Origin: Glaucostegus cemiculus
Lineage: Eukaryota
Direction: 5' to 3'
NCBI GenBank assembly: GCA_976551045.1
Contig: CDPCPM010000049.1
Location: 1,798,001 to 1,862,000 of the forward strand
DNA length: 64,000 bases
In this document: positions 36,949-49,834 of the stretch, piece after piece
Layout of the letters: each line of letters starts with the position of its first letter
How positions within the stretch are numbered: the stretch's first letter is position 1
Translations under genes and position numbers: made by a program
The notes under the pieces: model-generated
Database searches by the model: none
Seen by the model: the letters and a program-made list of their open reading frames with translations, nothing else
What the model was told of the DNA's origin: nothing

Positions 36949-37899
36949 AAGAGTATGGAAGGTAATGATCAATGCAAATTTTCTTTTCACTGCTGATGTT
37001 TTAATGCAGGGTAAATGAAAGCTACAACTTGGTAAAACAGCAGGCAAGTTGGTGTTCTTTGCTGACCCTTAAGATGCAGAAATACATCACCCGAAAAATG
37101 TTGGCATATATTTTAGACATTTTTGGAGTTTGCCTTTTGAAATAAAAAGAATAAATAAAGTCCTGAGAGGAGGCAGCAGCATTTTCGCATCACATCAGGG
37201 AATTTCCTTCGAAGTAAAGAAAACTGAAAGGGGAATTACTGAGGAAGAAAGTGAAGTAGTGTAATTTTTAATATGATGAGTAATCTACATTTCCCTTCAC
37301 TCGCAACCCAGAGGTTGATCATCTCCGGAATGTTTCGAACCATATTAAACATAAAAACTTTTCAACAACATCCTCCTTTACTTTTTCATGGTATAATTTT
37401 GACTAGCCCATTTCGTTATCCTTGCCATTTTTCCAATTTTTGAGTCTTTGTCTCTGCTCTGTTGTCAGTGACTAATCAATGCCCTGTTCACTAGCATTCT
37501 CCTCCAAAGCAGGGTAATCCTCAAGTGCCATCTTGGCTTCAGTGGTAACGCCTTGTCAGTCAGAAGGGTGAAGGATTGAGCCCCATCTTGCACCTGAGCA
37601 CAGAACTGGCCTTAAGCTCCTGGGAAGTGCAACAGTCATGGTCCATTTTTAGCAGAGCTGTTCAGGTGAATTGTGTACATAGGATTTTGTTACAATATTG
37701 TCAGTATAGTAGGACGTCCTCCTGACATCTTGGTCAATATTCCTTCCTCAACTATCAAGCCTTCCTGAGCGAAGGTAAGCCACACATATATATATGAAGA
37801 AATCCCATTGTAAGTACTCCAAATCAACAATGGTCTAACTCTTTAAAAATAATTCTTTTGTCCTTTTTATTAATTTTTCGGGATCTGAACACCAAATAT

Positions 37900-38870
37900 T
37901 TTTCTTATTCATTTTCAGAATCTGGGATTTGCCCGGAAGGCCAGCATTTATTGCCCATAGCTTATTGCTCTTGAGAAGGTGATGGCAAGCCACCACCTTG
38001 AACCTCTGCAGTCCTTCTGGTGGAGGTGCCCCCACAGTGCTCTGGAGGCGGGAGTTCCAAGGTTTAGACTTAGCAGCTATGAACAACCAGCGATACACTT
38101 CGAAATCTAAGTGGTGTGCAGCTTGAGAGAGGAATCCGTGGGTGGCGGTGGTTCCCAGGTGCCTGCTGCCCTTTTCTTTGGTGGTAGAGGTGCTGTCGGA
38201 GTAGTCTGGGTGAGTAACATGATACACACTACAGCCACGGTGGGCAGTGGTGGAGGCAATGAATGTTTTGTGTGGTGGATGGGCTGCAGTCAAGCAGGCA
38301 AGAAAGTGCAAAACTTGCTGAGAGTTTTTGGATCTACACTCATCCAGGCAGGTGGAGTGTATTTCATCATCCTCCTGACTTGTAGACCGCAGGAATTCTT
38401 TGGGGTGTCAGGGATGAGTCACTTGCCACAGCATACCCAAGCTCTGACGCTCTCATAGCAATGGTGCTTCTGTAGCCGCACCAACTGAGTCTCTGATCAG
38501 TAGTGACGGGCAATTCGACAATGGTAATGGAGACACAAGAGACTGTAGATGCTGAAATCTGGAGCAACCATAGAGGTGCTGGAGGAACTCGGCAGGTCAG
38601 GCAGCATCAAGAACTTGCTCCATCCCTTCCCTCCATCTTTTTGAACTGGTTGTCTCCCCCTTTCTTTCTGGTCTGGGTAGGGCATCTTGGCTCAAGGCGT
38701 CAACTGTCCATTTCCCTTCACAGATGCTGCCTGACCTGCTGAGTTTGCCCAGTGCCTTGTGTGTTGCTCGACAATGGTAATGCCATTGAATGTCAAGGAT
38801 AAGTAGTTAGGCTCTCTCAAATTGGAGATGGGCATTGCCTTGTGCTTTTGTAGCAAGCAGTTTACTGTAA
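37900..38870 (-). mobile_element. Ancient CR1-clade LINE 3' part, interrupted at 38530-38767
   Basis: Minus ORF contains KPWNSRLQSTVGAPPPEGLQRFKVVACHHLLKSN, matching the 18270-18800 family end. Confidence 0.7.
38530..38767. mobile_element. Penelope-type fold-back element with 15-bp TSD
   Basis: Inverted arms GGCAGGTCAGGCAGCATC / GATGCTGCCTGACCTGCTG, flanked by TCGACAATGGTAATG at 38515-38529 and 38768-38782. Confidence 0.85.
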
Positions 38871-39414
38871 ATATACAAGTAAATACGTCTGCTTTGTATT
38901 ATTGTAAAGATCTGAAACACGGTAATATATGATCATGCACCCACTGGGCTACAGAAGGTTTCTCAGTTAATAGAGAGAGACAGCATGATTTGGAGAGAGA
39001 AATGAAGGATCTTCCTTGAATAAACAAAACTGACTTTACTTCAATCTCACGTAACCAATTCTGCAATATTCTTGATGCAGTAGCATCACAGATGAGAGTA
39101 ACATAGCAGTTATGCCCCATGTGCAGTCTCTACAGTAGTGAAGTATTTTTAGATATTTTGTCATGTGCTCTTGATCTGAAATGCTGTGTAAACCCAGGAG
39201 CCCCTGGAGTTTTCTTTGATCACAATGCTAAACTTGTTGGATTAGATACTGATCCTAAGGAAGAATGTGTGCTGCAGAAACATGCTGGACTCTCATTGGT
39301 CGAGCTCCATTCACTCCTGAGGAAGCAGTGGTGAGTCAGAAATATTCCCTCCCCTTTATGGAGCAGAGAGTTATTGAGGCTCAGCAGAAATGAAAAGCAG
39401 AAATTAAAGCAACG

Positions 39415-39612
39415 TGCAATGCGCTGAAGGAACTCAGCAGGTCAGGCAGCATCTATGGAGGGAAATGGACAGTCAACATCATCCACATGAAAGGTCTCAA
39501 CCCAAAACATCGACTGTCCATTTCCCTCCATAGATGCTGCCTGACCTGCTGAACTCCTATAGCACTTTGTGTGTTGCTCCAGATTCCAGCATCCACAGTC
39601 TCTTGCGTCGTC
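39415..39612. mobile_element. Penelope-type fold-back element with a perfect 41-bp stem
   Basis: 39434-39474 is the exact reverse complement of 39512-39552, with a 37-nt loop. Confidence 0.9.
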
Positions 39613-42600
39613 AGAAATTAAAGGAATTTTGTATCTGGGGTATTTCCCCATAGTGCCATCTTCATTTTGTGTGTATGCGAGCAGTGAGGGGGTTTGCATG
39701 TTTCAAAACCACTGGAAAACAGGGACAGAGAAGGCCATCCAACCCACTCAAACCTGCTTTCTCATTCATGTTCATCATACCTCTTGATACCCTGACCTAA
39801 CTAAAAATGAGTATAGGTCTTGAATGGTCTAATAGTCATAGCAGCCACAAACATATGGAGGTTCCTTTTTCATGTGTAAAAATGTGTGCTCCTATTTCGT
39901 ATCTGAGTGACCTAATTCTGACAGTAATATCACATCATTATTGATTCCACAGCAGGAGATATAGCTGTGCTGTGTCTCCCTATGGTTTTATTTTAACATT
40001 GAAAGCAACTCAATCAGATCATCTTAATACAGATCTATCTAACCTGTCTCCTTAATTTAACCCTCAAAACCCTGGTATCACACTTCTTGATCTGAGTGCA
40101 GTTCATTAAGTGATTACATAATTATCGAAACAATGAGACTGAACTGCAGCTGTACAATTGTACACAGCAAATGCATTTCCTTGAGGAGGAGGAGAGGCTA
40201 AAATACCGATGTTGATTGCATCTTTTGGAATCCAAGATCAATCAATTATGCATTACTTCTTGCTGCTCCAATGTCTCAAAATCACTGGCACTTCCAGTGA
40301 TGCATTTGGCAGTCTTCTGTGAAAATGTATGAATGCTGATCCTGCGGGAGTTTCAATCAAAGCAGACTGAGTCATGTTTTCAGAGCTCTGTAGAAGTTTG
40401 ATTTCTGGCAGTTTTCATTCCAAATGGGACCCACGTAATGTCAACATGGCAACAAGTTTTGACTTTAATAGGTGTTGGCAGATTTTCAAATGACGGGTGA
40501 ACTTAATTTGCCCTTCATTGTCACATACAACTCAAAGAAAATTCCTCAGATACCTTCCTTTTACCTTCATCAAAATCCCAGCTGTAAAATGACAGGTCCT
40601 CTCCAGAGTTTCTTCAGGTTCAGCAATGAAAAGTTATCTCCTCATTTCTTTTATCTCTGCATTGGATCTTTTGAAAAGTGCAAAAATTCAAGAAGCAGAT
40701 TTGCAAAATAATTGTCATGTGCTTCTACTTCCAGCATATCATGTTGGATTGTTTTAACAAAAAATGAAATATGTGATATCTCCTGTAGTTTGCTGGTTAC
40801 CTGCTCTTGTGTTCATCTTCATCACACTGTCAAGGCTGCTGTTTTTTTTTCTCTAATTCATACCATTTGGGAAGGTCTCTCCTCCTTTCAAACAATGAAA
40901 ACAGATAGATTAAGATTAGAAATGGTGGTTGACTTTAAACAGTAGGGGAATGATGACAAATTTGCTAGGATGTTCAGGCAGGGAAAAAGTTACAACCACA
41001 CATAAGCTCAAAGAAGATCACATTATTTCTCATGGCTTCAAAATTATTGGCATTAATAATTACATTATTTTGATGTTGAATTTGAAAGGTGTTGCAATGA
41101 ATCAGGTCAGCTTAAAGTTAGGATCACAGTCCGTCCCTCGGAGCGTTCCTTCTCCCAGTAATTCTGCAGGAAATTGAGCCCATGGCTTTCCCTCTGTTGC
41201 TTTCAGTAGGCAGTCAGTTGGACCTCACACTTATCCTTTCATACCTTACACCCAAAAAAATGGTCCATCTCAGTCTTAAAATTGATGAAGGATCCGCAGA
41301 AGCTTTCGGGGGGAAAAATTTCAGATTTCCTGATTTCATTTTGGAAATGCTTGTCTCTCATTAAAGGATTGTGCCTTTTTGTTCTGGATTCCCCCTCCAG
41401 AGAATGATAGTTTCTCTTTATCGACCCTGTAAAATCACTTTATTCATTACATGCTGTAATTAAATCAACAATAAGCATTTGAAGCTCAGTGGATTTCAAG
41501 CAAGTTTTTGTAAACTCCCATTGATCAAAGATGATATAATGCTGGTTAAATCACATGACTAGACTGTATAAACTAGATTAGAATTTGGCAGTGCCGTCAA
41601 TCCTGAAGACCCCTGTGAAGTGATGCAGATTTCTTCATCAGTATTATCTTGTGAAATCAACATTCAATTAAGTCAAAGTGGCTATGGTCTGGAAAAGAGC
41701 TCCACAGTTAGGTTTAGAAAGCTTCTATACCAAAATGATGAGGCCATTTATTAGGGTTCAGGTTTCTGCTGCATCACCCACATCTTTGCGTTTGGTGGTG
41801 GTGAACTATATAAGTATCAGTATTGTGCAGCACATGACATTGAAAGCAAATTGTGTGATATGTATGATTTCAACAAGTGGGAGCATCTGCCAACCTTTAT
41901 TTCCTTTGAATGAATGGGTACTTTGAACACATTGTATGCACCCATTTTGTTCCTTCATGATAACAGTCACTTCGATGGCAGAGACTTTTCACACTATGAT
42001 TCCCAAAATTTTATTTTTGTACTAACTGTAAAACGAAACTGTACTGTGGTGGTGTTAAACCAAGGTGGGATCAGATGTTCATGACAGAACAGTTAGTGAG
42101 GGCAATTTGCTTTTGAACTGGTGTGATTTGCCTTTGAACTGCTGTTTGAGTGATACAGAAAATGACTTCTGCAAACCATCCAGCCCAGTTGAATTATCAA
42201 GGCACTGGGTGGAATTAGCTTCAATTTCATTATGTGGAACAAATTTAAGGCCATAATGGCAAACTTGTATTATGAATTCTACCAACTGAGCATTAAATGA
42301 AATCCTGAACAGCCCAAAAGTGGTTGGTGATGAGGTTTATTTGGCTCAATCATGCACAAAAAGCCTTGGAGATCCACTCCCTCGCAATACAACAAACCAC
42401 TTGTCATAAACCGTCTCACCATTTGCCTCTCTGGTAACCAGTTCCAATGTTGCTCCCATTCCACATGTTGACCATTCACAGAAGAAAGTTCTTCTGACTA
42501 AGGACAATAAAACAGAGAGCAGGATTCTAATGATGGTATAGTGTTAAACTCTTGCCATGTTCAATATGATGGTGCCACAGTGTTTACAGACAGCTCACCT

Positions 42601-43329
42601 AAACTCTAAAAGTACTCTGTGTGTCGTTTACCTCAGATTCCAAGAACTGCCAAATGTTTTTAATTGCTTTTGCGCAGTCTGGTGCCAGACTTATAAACCA
42701 TCTGGAAGAGTAACTCAGATTTAAAGGCAGGGCCAGACTCTTTGGCATCAGGTGTTGAAGAAAAGGGGTGAAATTACAAGACTTTAACACTGTCTGCAGA
42801 GGCAAGAGGAGCAGTTGATGACCTACAGTCTTGCAGTACTTTTCAAACGTCATTTCCAACCTATCCCGCAACTATTTGGATTAAAATTTCTTGCTCCTAT
42901 ATCATTTTATAATGCCTTGAGGTTGGCTTGGAAAAACTCACTATTTTGAGTTGCATGTTGAATAAACCCACTGTATAATTTGATCTTTGGCATTTTGCTA
43001 AACAGGCCTACAGGAAGGGGTTGTGGAGGAAGGGGTGTTGGTGAGGGAAGGGTATTAGTAGGAACCTGGGAGACTAGCTCCAGTTAAACAGGAACTACAG
43101 TACTTCTGTGTGCTGTGTTGCTGAAACATCCCAAACTGGACCTGTCTGCTTCCACTGACTTCAGTTCTGAGTGGCACCTCATTGTTTGTGTAATCTTTCT
43201 GGAGGCTGTCACACAAACAATTAATTAAAGTCATGCCATTTGTGTTTATTGACTGTTTATCAGTGTTTACCGTGGCAACATTTGGTAGCACCCTTACCTC
43301 CATCAGAAGTTTGTGTGTTCCAGTCACAT

Positions 43330-43600
43330 TAGAATCTTGAGTTCCAAATTCTAAGCTGGCAGCCCCATTTCAACTGCACACTTAGAAAATATTTTAGACA
43401 GAGGCCCCATGCACGCTCTCAAGTTGATGTGAAAGATCCCATGCTGCAACTTAAAAGAAGAGCAAAGAATTTACCATCTGTGCCCTGGCCTATATTTATG
43501 CACTAAACAATATTCACCAAAGACAGGTTATCTGGCCATTATCATATTTCTGTTTGTGGGAGCTTGTCTGTCCAGACTATGTGCCATTTTGTTTCTTTCT
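43330..43600 (+). mobile_element. Deu-domain SINE (SacSINE1-like)
   Basis: GATGTGAAAGATCCCATGCTG…AAGAAGAGC…CCTGGCCTATATTTAT…TTATCTGGCCATTATCATATTTCTGTTTGTGGGAGCTTG matches the recalled Deu core. Confidence 0.7.
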
Positions 43601-43614
43601 TAATTTAAGATAAG

Positions 43615-43898
43615 ACCTTTTATTAGTCACATGTACATCAAAACACAGCAAAGTGCATCTTTTGCATAGTGTTCTGGGGGACAGCCCGCAAGTGTTGCCA
43701 CTCTTCTGGTGCCAACATAGCATGCCCACAACTTCCTAACCCGTACGTCTTTAGAATGTGGGAGGAAACTGGAGCACCCGGAGAAAACCCATGCAGACTC
43801 GGGCAGAACGTACAAACTCCCTGCAGATAGTGGCCTGAATTGAACCCAGGTTGCTGGCACTGTAATAGCATTACGCTAACCACTACACTACCGTGCCT
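43615..43898 (-). mobile_element. V-SINE with Rex/Babar-like tail
   Basis: Full reverse-complement match to the 8594-8875 architecture. Confidence 0.85.
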
Positions 43899-43999
43899 GA
43901 CTTTTTATGTGACTACATTTAAAGGTAAGGAACTTTCTTTGCTTGTCGTGGTCTTGGAACCTTCTGAGCAGAATATAGGAATAAGAGAGGGGTGAGCAG

Positions 44000-45240
44000 T
44001 TTGCTAGGTTACTCTATAGTCTTCCCAATAGTCAGCAGGAATTAGAGGAACAGATAAGTAAGCAAATTGCAGAAAGTTGTAAGAACGATAGGATTATCAC
44101 AGTGGGAGATTGCCTTAGAACATGGGGCTTTGATGGGGTGGAATTTTGCTAAGTGCACCCAAGACAGGTTTTTGAGACTATGGAGAGTGAGTCCTACTAG
44201 TGACGGGGCAGTAGTTAGGAAGTGAAACCAAGTACGTGGTGGAAGTGTGGGTGGGGGAACACGTTGAGGACAGTGACTATAATTCTGTAAGTTTTGAGGT
44301 AGCTATGGAAAGGGATAAGGTTGGTTCTCAAGACCCAAAATTGGGTGAAGGCTGATTCTTGTGGTGTTGGAGAGTACCTGGCAAAAGTAGATTGGGAGCT
44401 GATGGAATTTAATCCCAACAAGTGCAAGGTGATGCATTTTGGGAAGTCAAACAGGGGTAGGACATATTGAGTAAATGGTGGACCACTAAGGAATGTCGAT
44501 GAACAGAAGGACCTTGGGGTTCAAGTCCATTGCTCCCTGAAAGTGGTAGGGTAGATAGGGTGGTAAGGAAGGCATGTGGCATGCCGTCCAGGTGAAGGGA
44601 CTTGACCCGAAACCTTGACTGTCCATTTCCCTCCATAGATGCTGCCTGACCTGCTGAGATTCTCCAGCAGTTTTTGTGTTGCTCCAGATTCCAGCAACTG
44701 CAGTTTCTCCTGTCTCTGTATGGCATGCTTGCCTTCATGGGTTGGAGCACAGAACATAAAAATTGGGAGGTTGTGTTTGCAACTTTACAAAACACTGGTT
44801 AGGCCACACATGGCATATTGTGTGCCGATTGGGTCACTGCACTACAGAAGAGATAGTGCAGAGGAGATTCACCAGGATGTTGTCTGGATTCTAAAGTCCT
44901 CGAAGTTATGGGGAGAGATTGGATTGGCTGGGCTTGTCAAAATCTTTTCTCCATGGCAGGGGTATCAAGAACAAAAGGGCATTGGATTAAGGCGAGTTTT
45001 AAAGTACATCTGAGGGCTAAGTTTTTTGTTGTGTAGATAGCTAGAACTCGCTGTTAGAGGAGATGGTGGAATCAGATACAATCACTATGAGAGACATTTC
45101 GGCAGGTACTTAAGTAGGCAAGGCATAGAAGGATACCATCCTTGTGGGCAAGTGGGATTAGTGTAGATAGACAAAAAGGTCAACATAGATGTGGTGGGCT
45201 GAAGGGCCTGTTTCTGTGCTGTACGCCTCTATGACTCTAA
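44000..45240 (+). mobile_element. Internally deleted, decayed CR1 (endonuclease remnant joined to RT C-terminus) with a Penelope-type arm inserted at about 44585-44720
   Basis: PNSQQELEEQISKQIAESCKNDRIITVGD (APE region), a jump near 44400 to MEFNPNKCKVMHFGKSN, and a CR1 tail at 45190-45240. The insert is flanked by TGGCATGC (44577-44584, 44721-44728). Confidence 0.75.
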
Positions 45241-46089
45241 TAATATAAGATCATTGTTTTGTTTTGGAGAGAGGCAATGATTTTTTTCTAGGCACTCTCT
45301 CTGTAAGGGGATACAGGGGAAGCTACATTGATTGCAGGAAATGAAAAGGCGGCAGTGTAAACATGACTATTGAAAACCTGCACTGCCAGTGGGGTCAGTC
45401 TCATCAGAGGGAGGCACCAGGGAGGTAAGACAACACTCATGACTGTTTATTGAAAAGGGTTAACAATTGACCATCTCCTGTGCGCAGCCCTTGACCAATA
45501 TCAGACAGTTAGATTATCTGCTCATTATCACATTGTTGCTTGTGGCAAGTACAGAAGGACTCGATGCCTTCAGGATTAGACTGATAACATATATTTTCTC
45601 TTAAATGCAAATGTTAAGCCTTTCACCCCAAATAAAGTGCTTGTACCTGTCCAATATGTTACATATCCTGAATAAAGTAGAACTAAATAGAAGTTGCACT
45701 GTAGAAATGTATCATTTAATTTGCTCCACTACTCCATCCAATCCTATTGTGATATATCTCCTTCCTTCTGCCTTCATATATTTCATTATCATCCCTTTAA
45801 ATGCATTCATGTTATTCACCTTAACCGCATCATCTGGTAGTGTGGTCCATCCTACCCACTATCTGGGTGAAGATGTTTTCCCTCAATTCTTTATTGGATT
45901 TATTCTTAGCTATTTTATATTAATGACTTCTACTTGAGTCTTCTCCCAAATGGAAATTACCCTTTCATAATTTCAAAGAGCTCATTAAGGTCTGCTCTGT
46001 TAATCAAAACACATTTATTTCTAAAGATCCCATTATTTATTCTCAACCACCGATCTGTTATCTGATTTTAACAGAGAATTAACACCCCT

Positions 46090-46425
46090 AGAATCATAGA
46101 GAGAGATACAGGATGGAAACAGGCCCTTCAGCCCACCAAGTCTGTGCTGACCATCAACAACCCATTTACAGTAATCCTACATTAATCCCATTTTTTAATC
46201 TTGCCACATTTGCATCCACTCTCCCCGAATTCTACCACTCACGTACATGTGAGGGGCAACTGAACCTGCCAACCCACACATTGTTGAGATGTGGGAGGAA
46301 TCCCGAGCATCAGGAGGACACCCATGTAGTCTCAGGGAGAATGTGTGAACTCGACACAGACAGCACTGGAGGTCAGTACTGAGTCTGGGTCTCTGGAGCT
46401 TTGAGACAGCAGCTCTACTAGCTGT
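46090..46425 (-). mobile_element. V-SINE with CR1-type tail
   Basis: Same architecture as 5440-5785. Confidence 0.8.
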
Positions 46426-46719
46426 ATCCATCCCTACTTGCATCTAAAAAGACACCACATTTCGAAAGAATACATTGTTACGTGATTGATTTGATAATCT
46501 GCTTAATTAATTTCAATTTAATCCTTTCAAAACTAATGTGGATATCTAAAAAAAAAAGAGGTTTTTGGAGAAGTGGGGAAAGATTAATAAAGTGGGAGTA
46601 GATGGGTCACTTTTTCAAAGAGTTAACATAGACAAAACAACCTCCTTCAGCTGTATAATTCTCTCATTCATCGGGTAGAGAAGACAAGCAACCACCAAAT
46701 TTTGTCCTTGGGGAATTCT

Positions 46720-47390
46720 GCAACAATGACCTTGAAGGGGCTGTAAAAATAGCAAATGATCCTTTGAGGTTCTGGTTTTCAATTTCTCTCTTAATTCCCC
46801 ATATTCATCTTGCAAGACCTCTTTTTTTTACCCATGTTGCTGGTACCAATATATACCATGTTCACCCTCCCCCTTCAGAATGTTTTGTAGCTGCTGCATG
46901 ACATCCTTGACCCTGACACTACAGAGTCACATTTGCTTGCGCAAGAACATCTGTTCATTTTACAACTGTATCCCCATTACTGCAGCTCTACCACTGCTTT
47001 TCCTCCCCTCCTGTGCAGCCAAGTCAACTGTGGTGCCACAGATTTGTCTCTCGCTGTATTCCCTTGAGAAGCCATCGCCTTCAACAGTATCAGAAATGGC
47101 TTGAGGAGATGCACAAGGAACCCCTGCACTACCTACCACCTCTTCTGTCTGTCAACCCATTCCCTTTCTGCCCATGCAGTCTTAGCCTGGGGTGTGACCA
47201 CCTCTCCAAAGGTGTCTTCCATGAAGATCTCAGCCAGTAGTGACTCTAGCCATGGCTCCAACTCAGAAACACAGACTTTCAGTGGTCACTGGAGCCACTT
47301 CCAGCACATGTGTTCACCCTGGACACTGGAAGTGTCTCTGGTTTTCTACACGGCACAAGAGAAGCTGTCTTCTTGTAACGTCATTAACTC
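46720..47390 (-). pseudogene. CR1 ORF1 remnant (zinc-finger-like N-terminus and SGNH-esterase-like domain)
   Basis: Minus-strand fragments TRDTSSVQGEHMCWKW, RAAVMGD, VRVKDVMQQLQNILKGEGE, VYIGTSNMGK, LQDEYGELREKLKTRTSK. Confidence 0.75.
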
Positions 47391-47399
47391 TCTCCCTTT

Positions 47400-48480
47400 A
47401 GAATATAGAACAGTATAGCACAGGAACAGGCCTTTCAGCCCATGATGTTGTGCTGAACTAATTAAACAATTAACTGCCAAACTAAACAAATCCCTTCTGC
47501 CTACACAATGTCCATATTCCTCCATTCTCTGCACATTCATGTGCCTATCTAAGAACCTCTTAAAGCCTCTATTGTATTTGGCTCAACTACCACCCCTGGC
47601 AGTGCATTCCATGCACCCACCACTCTGTGTAAAAAAAACTTGCCTCACACATTTCTTTTGCATTAACCCCCTCTCACCTTAAATGCATGTCCTCTAGTAT
47701 TAGACATTTCAAACCTGGAAAAAAAGATACAGCTGTCTACTCCATTCATGCCTCTCGTAATCTTATCTTCTATCAGGTCTCCCCTCAGCCTTCACCACTC
47801 CAGAGAAATTAACCCAAGTTTGTCCAACCTCTCCTTATAGCACATTCCTTCTAATCCCAGCAACATCCTGATAAACCTCTTCTGCACCCTCTCCAAGGCC
47901 TCCACATCCTTCCTATAATGGGGCCACCAGAACTGAATGCAATACTCCTGATGCAGCCTAGGCAGAGCTTTATAAAGCTGCAACATAACTTCCTGACTTT
48001 TGAACTCATTGCCTCAACTAATAAAGGTAATCATGGCATCTGTTATCTTTACCACCCTATCAACCTGTGCAGCCACTTACAGAGAGCTATGGACTTGGAC
48101 CCCAAGATCTATCTGTACATCAGTGGACCCCAAGATCTATCTGTACATCAGTGGACCCCAAGATCCATCTGTACATCAGTGCTGTTAAGGGTCCTGCCAT
48201 TAACAGAGTACTGTTCCTTTACATTTGATCTCCCAAAGTGCAACACCTCACATTTACTTTCTCTGACTTAGAGAATATTAATTGTACTAGGAAATTATTT
48301 CACACTAAACACTACTTCTATCAGTTGCAGACATTGCTTTCATTTTTACTTTAATTGCTGAAGAAATCAAGATACTCACCTGATCCGACCTACCAATCAG
48401 CTGCCTCCCTGGCCTCACCGTTGGCGCTCCACTTCCAGAGTCAGTGACGACACGCTGCACTGACCCTTAAACTTTTCTTG
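47400..48480 (-). mobile_element. CR1-derived element: about 220-bp 5'UTR-like segment fused to RT C-terminus and 3'UTR
   Basis: 47400-48260 is a CR1 3' part (LQLYKALPRLHQEYCIQFWWPHYRKDVEALERVQ) with tail. 48260-48480 is non-coding and most of it recurs at 62300-62478. Confidence 0.8.
48096..48179. repeat. Triple tandem 28-bp duplication inside CR1
   Basis: TGGACCCCAAGATC(T/C)ATCTGTACATCAG three times, head-to-tail, no spacers. Confidence 0.95.
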
Positions 48481-49834
48481 CCATTGAATGCTGAGCATTC
48501 TGTGGTCCTTGTCCAGCAGGGCAAAAATTCTGTATATTTTTATCCACATTTGAATTATAGTAGCAATGTTGAAGAGAATTTCTTCTGGTAACACGACGCG
48601 CCTGTTGGTGGTAATGAGTTTTCAGTCAATCCATTGTTCTTCAGTTGATGATCCAACGCAATGTGATATTTTGTCTTCCACAAAAGCTAAAAGATCCCAG
48701 TTTCACTTTACTCCATCCTTGTGTTTTGACTCGAATCACAGCACTTGATGTGTTACAATTGTCTTTAGACTACGGACTGAAAGATCAAGTCCCAATGAGT
48801 GCAGACCCAACCTGCTCAACCTCGCCACATGACAACCCCTCTATTGCAGGGATTAGCCTACAGATCTTATCCTGAACTACCTCCAGTGATGAACTTTCCT
48901 TAAATAAGGGGACCAAAATGTGATGTCTAGGGAGGATAGAGCTAGATGCATCTGTGATACCTTCTCCGATTTAAAAAAAACACTTCCAAAATACCATCAG
49001 TATACTTGTGTTGAATATCATTTTGCTAGTTATCCCATGACATTGTACTCCCATCAAGAGATGTTATGTCTTGAAGAAGAAAACAGGAACCATGTGCGCC
49101 AGCTGATCTTGCCTGTGGCTCTAACAACTCTTGGGAATGAAAGCCTTGTTCATTAAAAATATGGGACATTATTGTGGCTCACACTGAGGCAGTCCTAGTC
49201 ACTTTCTCTTCCTACTAAGTACTCCCTCAGCACGTGATGGTACACTGGGGAGCTCATAACCTTGCAGTGCCTTAATTTAACAGTGTGGGAAGGAGCATGA
49301 GAAATTGGATCACCAAATTTTTTACATTAGACTGAAATTTCTGATGCACAGGTTAAAATTGCATATAGACCTTGGAATGCAATAAAATGTAATTGTTCTG
49401 AATGCAGCAATTTAGTCTGCTTTAGGATTAAGGTTGTCAGCTGTTGTTTACACTTAGCCCCTTTATTATCCCCATTTCAACCACTCGACCAAGTACTTAA
49501 ATGTAAGAGTTCACTTGGCCTTGCCATTACAAACGTAAGAAAAATAATCAGTGGATGTTTCCCTCTGGAAATATATTTTCATTTGGCTATGTTTATAGGG
49601 ATCCTGTCTTTACGCAACTGTGATGTATCTGATGCTCACTGAGCCTATGACCCAGATGGAGAAATTGTTAAAGAGAGAAACTCCGACAAGCACTGCAAAA
49701 TCATGACTTGGGAGACTTCATCATTGTGTCAGTGTCACAACAGTCTGACTGACGTAAAGTTCAGAGAAAAGTGTAGAGGCTGCTCAGAGTATAGAAAGAA
49801 CTCTGAGCAGAATGTGGAGCTGTTCATTTCAGAG

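Noticed and set aside
48096-48179. 28-bp direct repeats of CRISPR-like length
   Set aside because: They are head-to-tail with no spacers, lie inside a CR1 RT sequence in a vertebrate context, and have no cas genes nearby.
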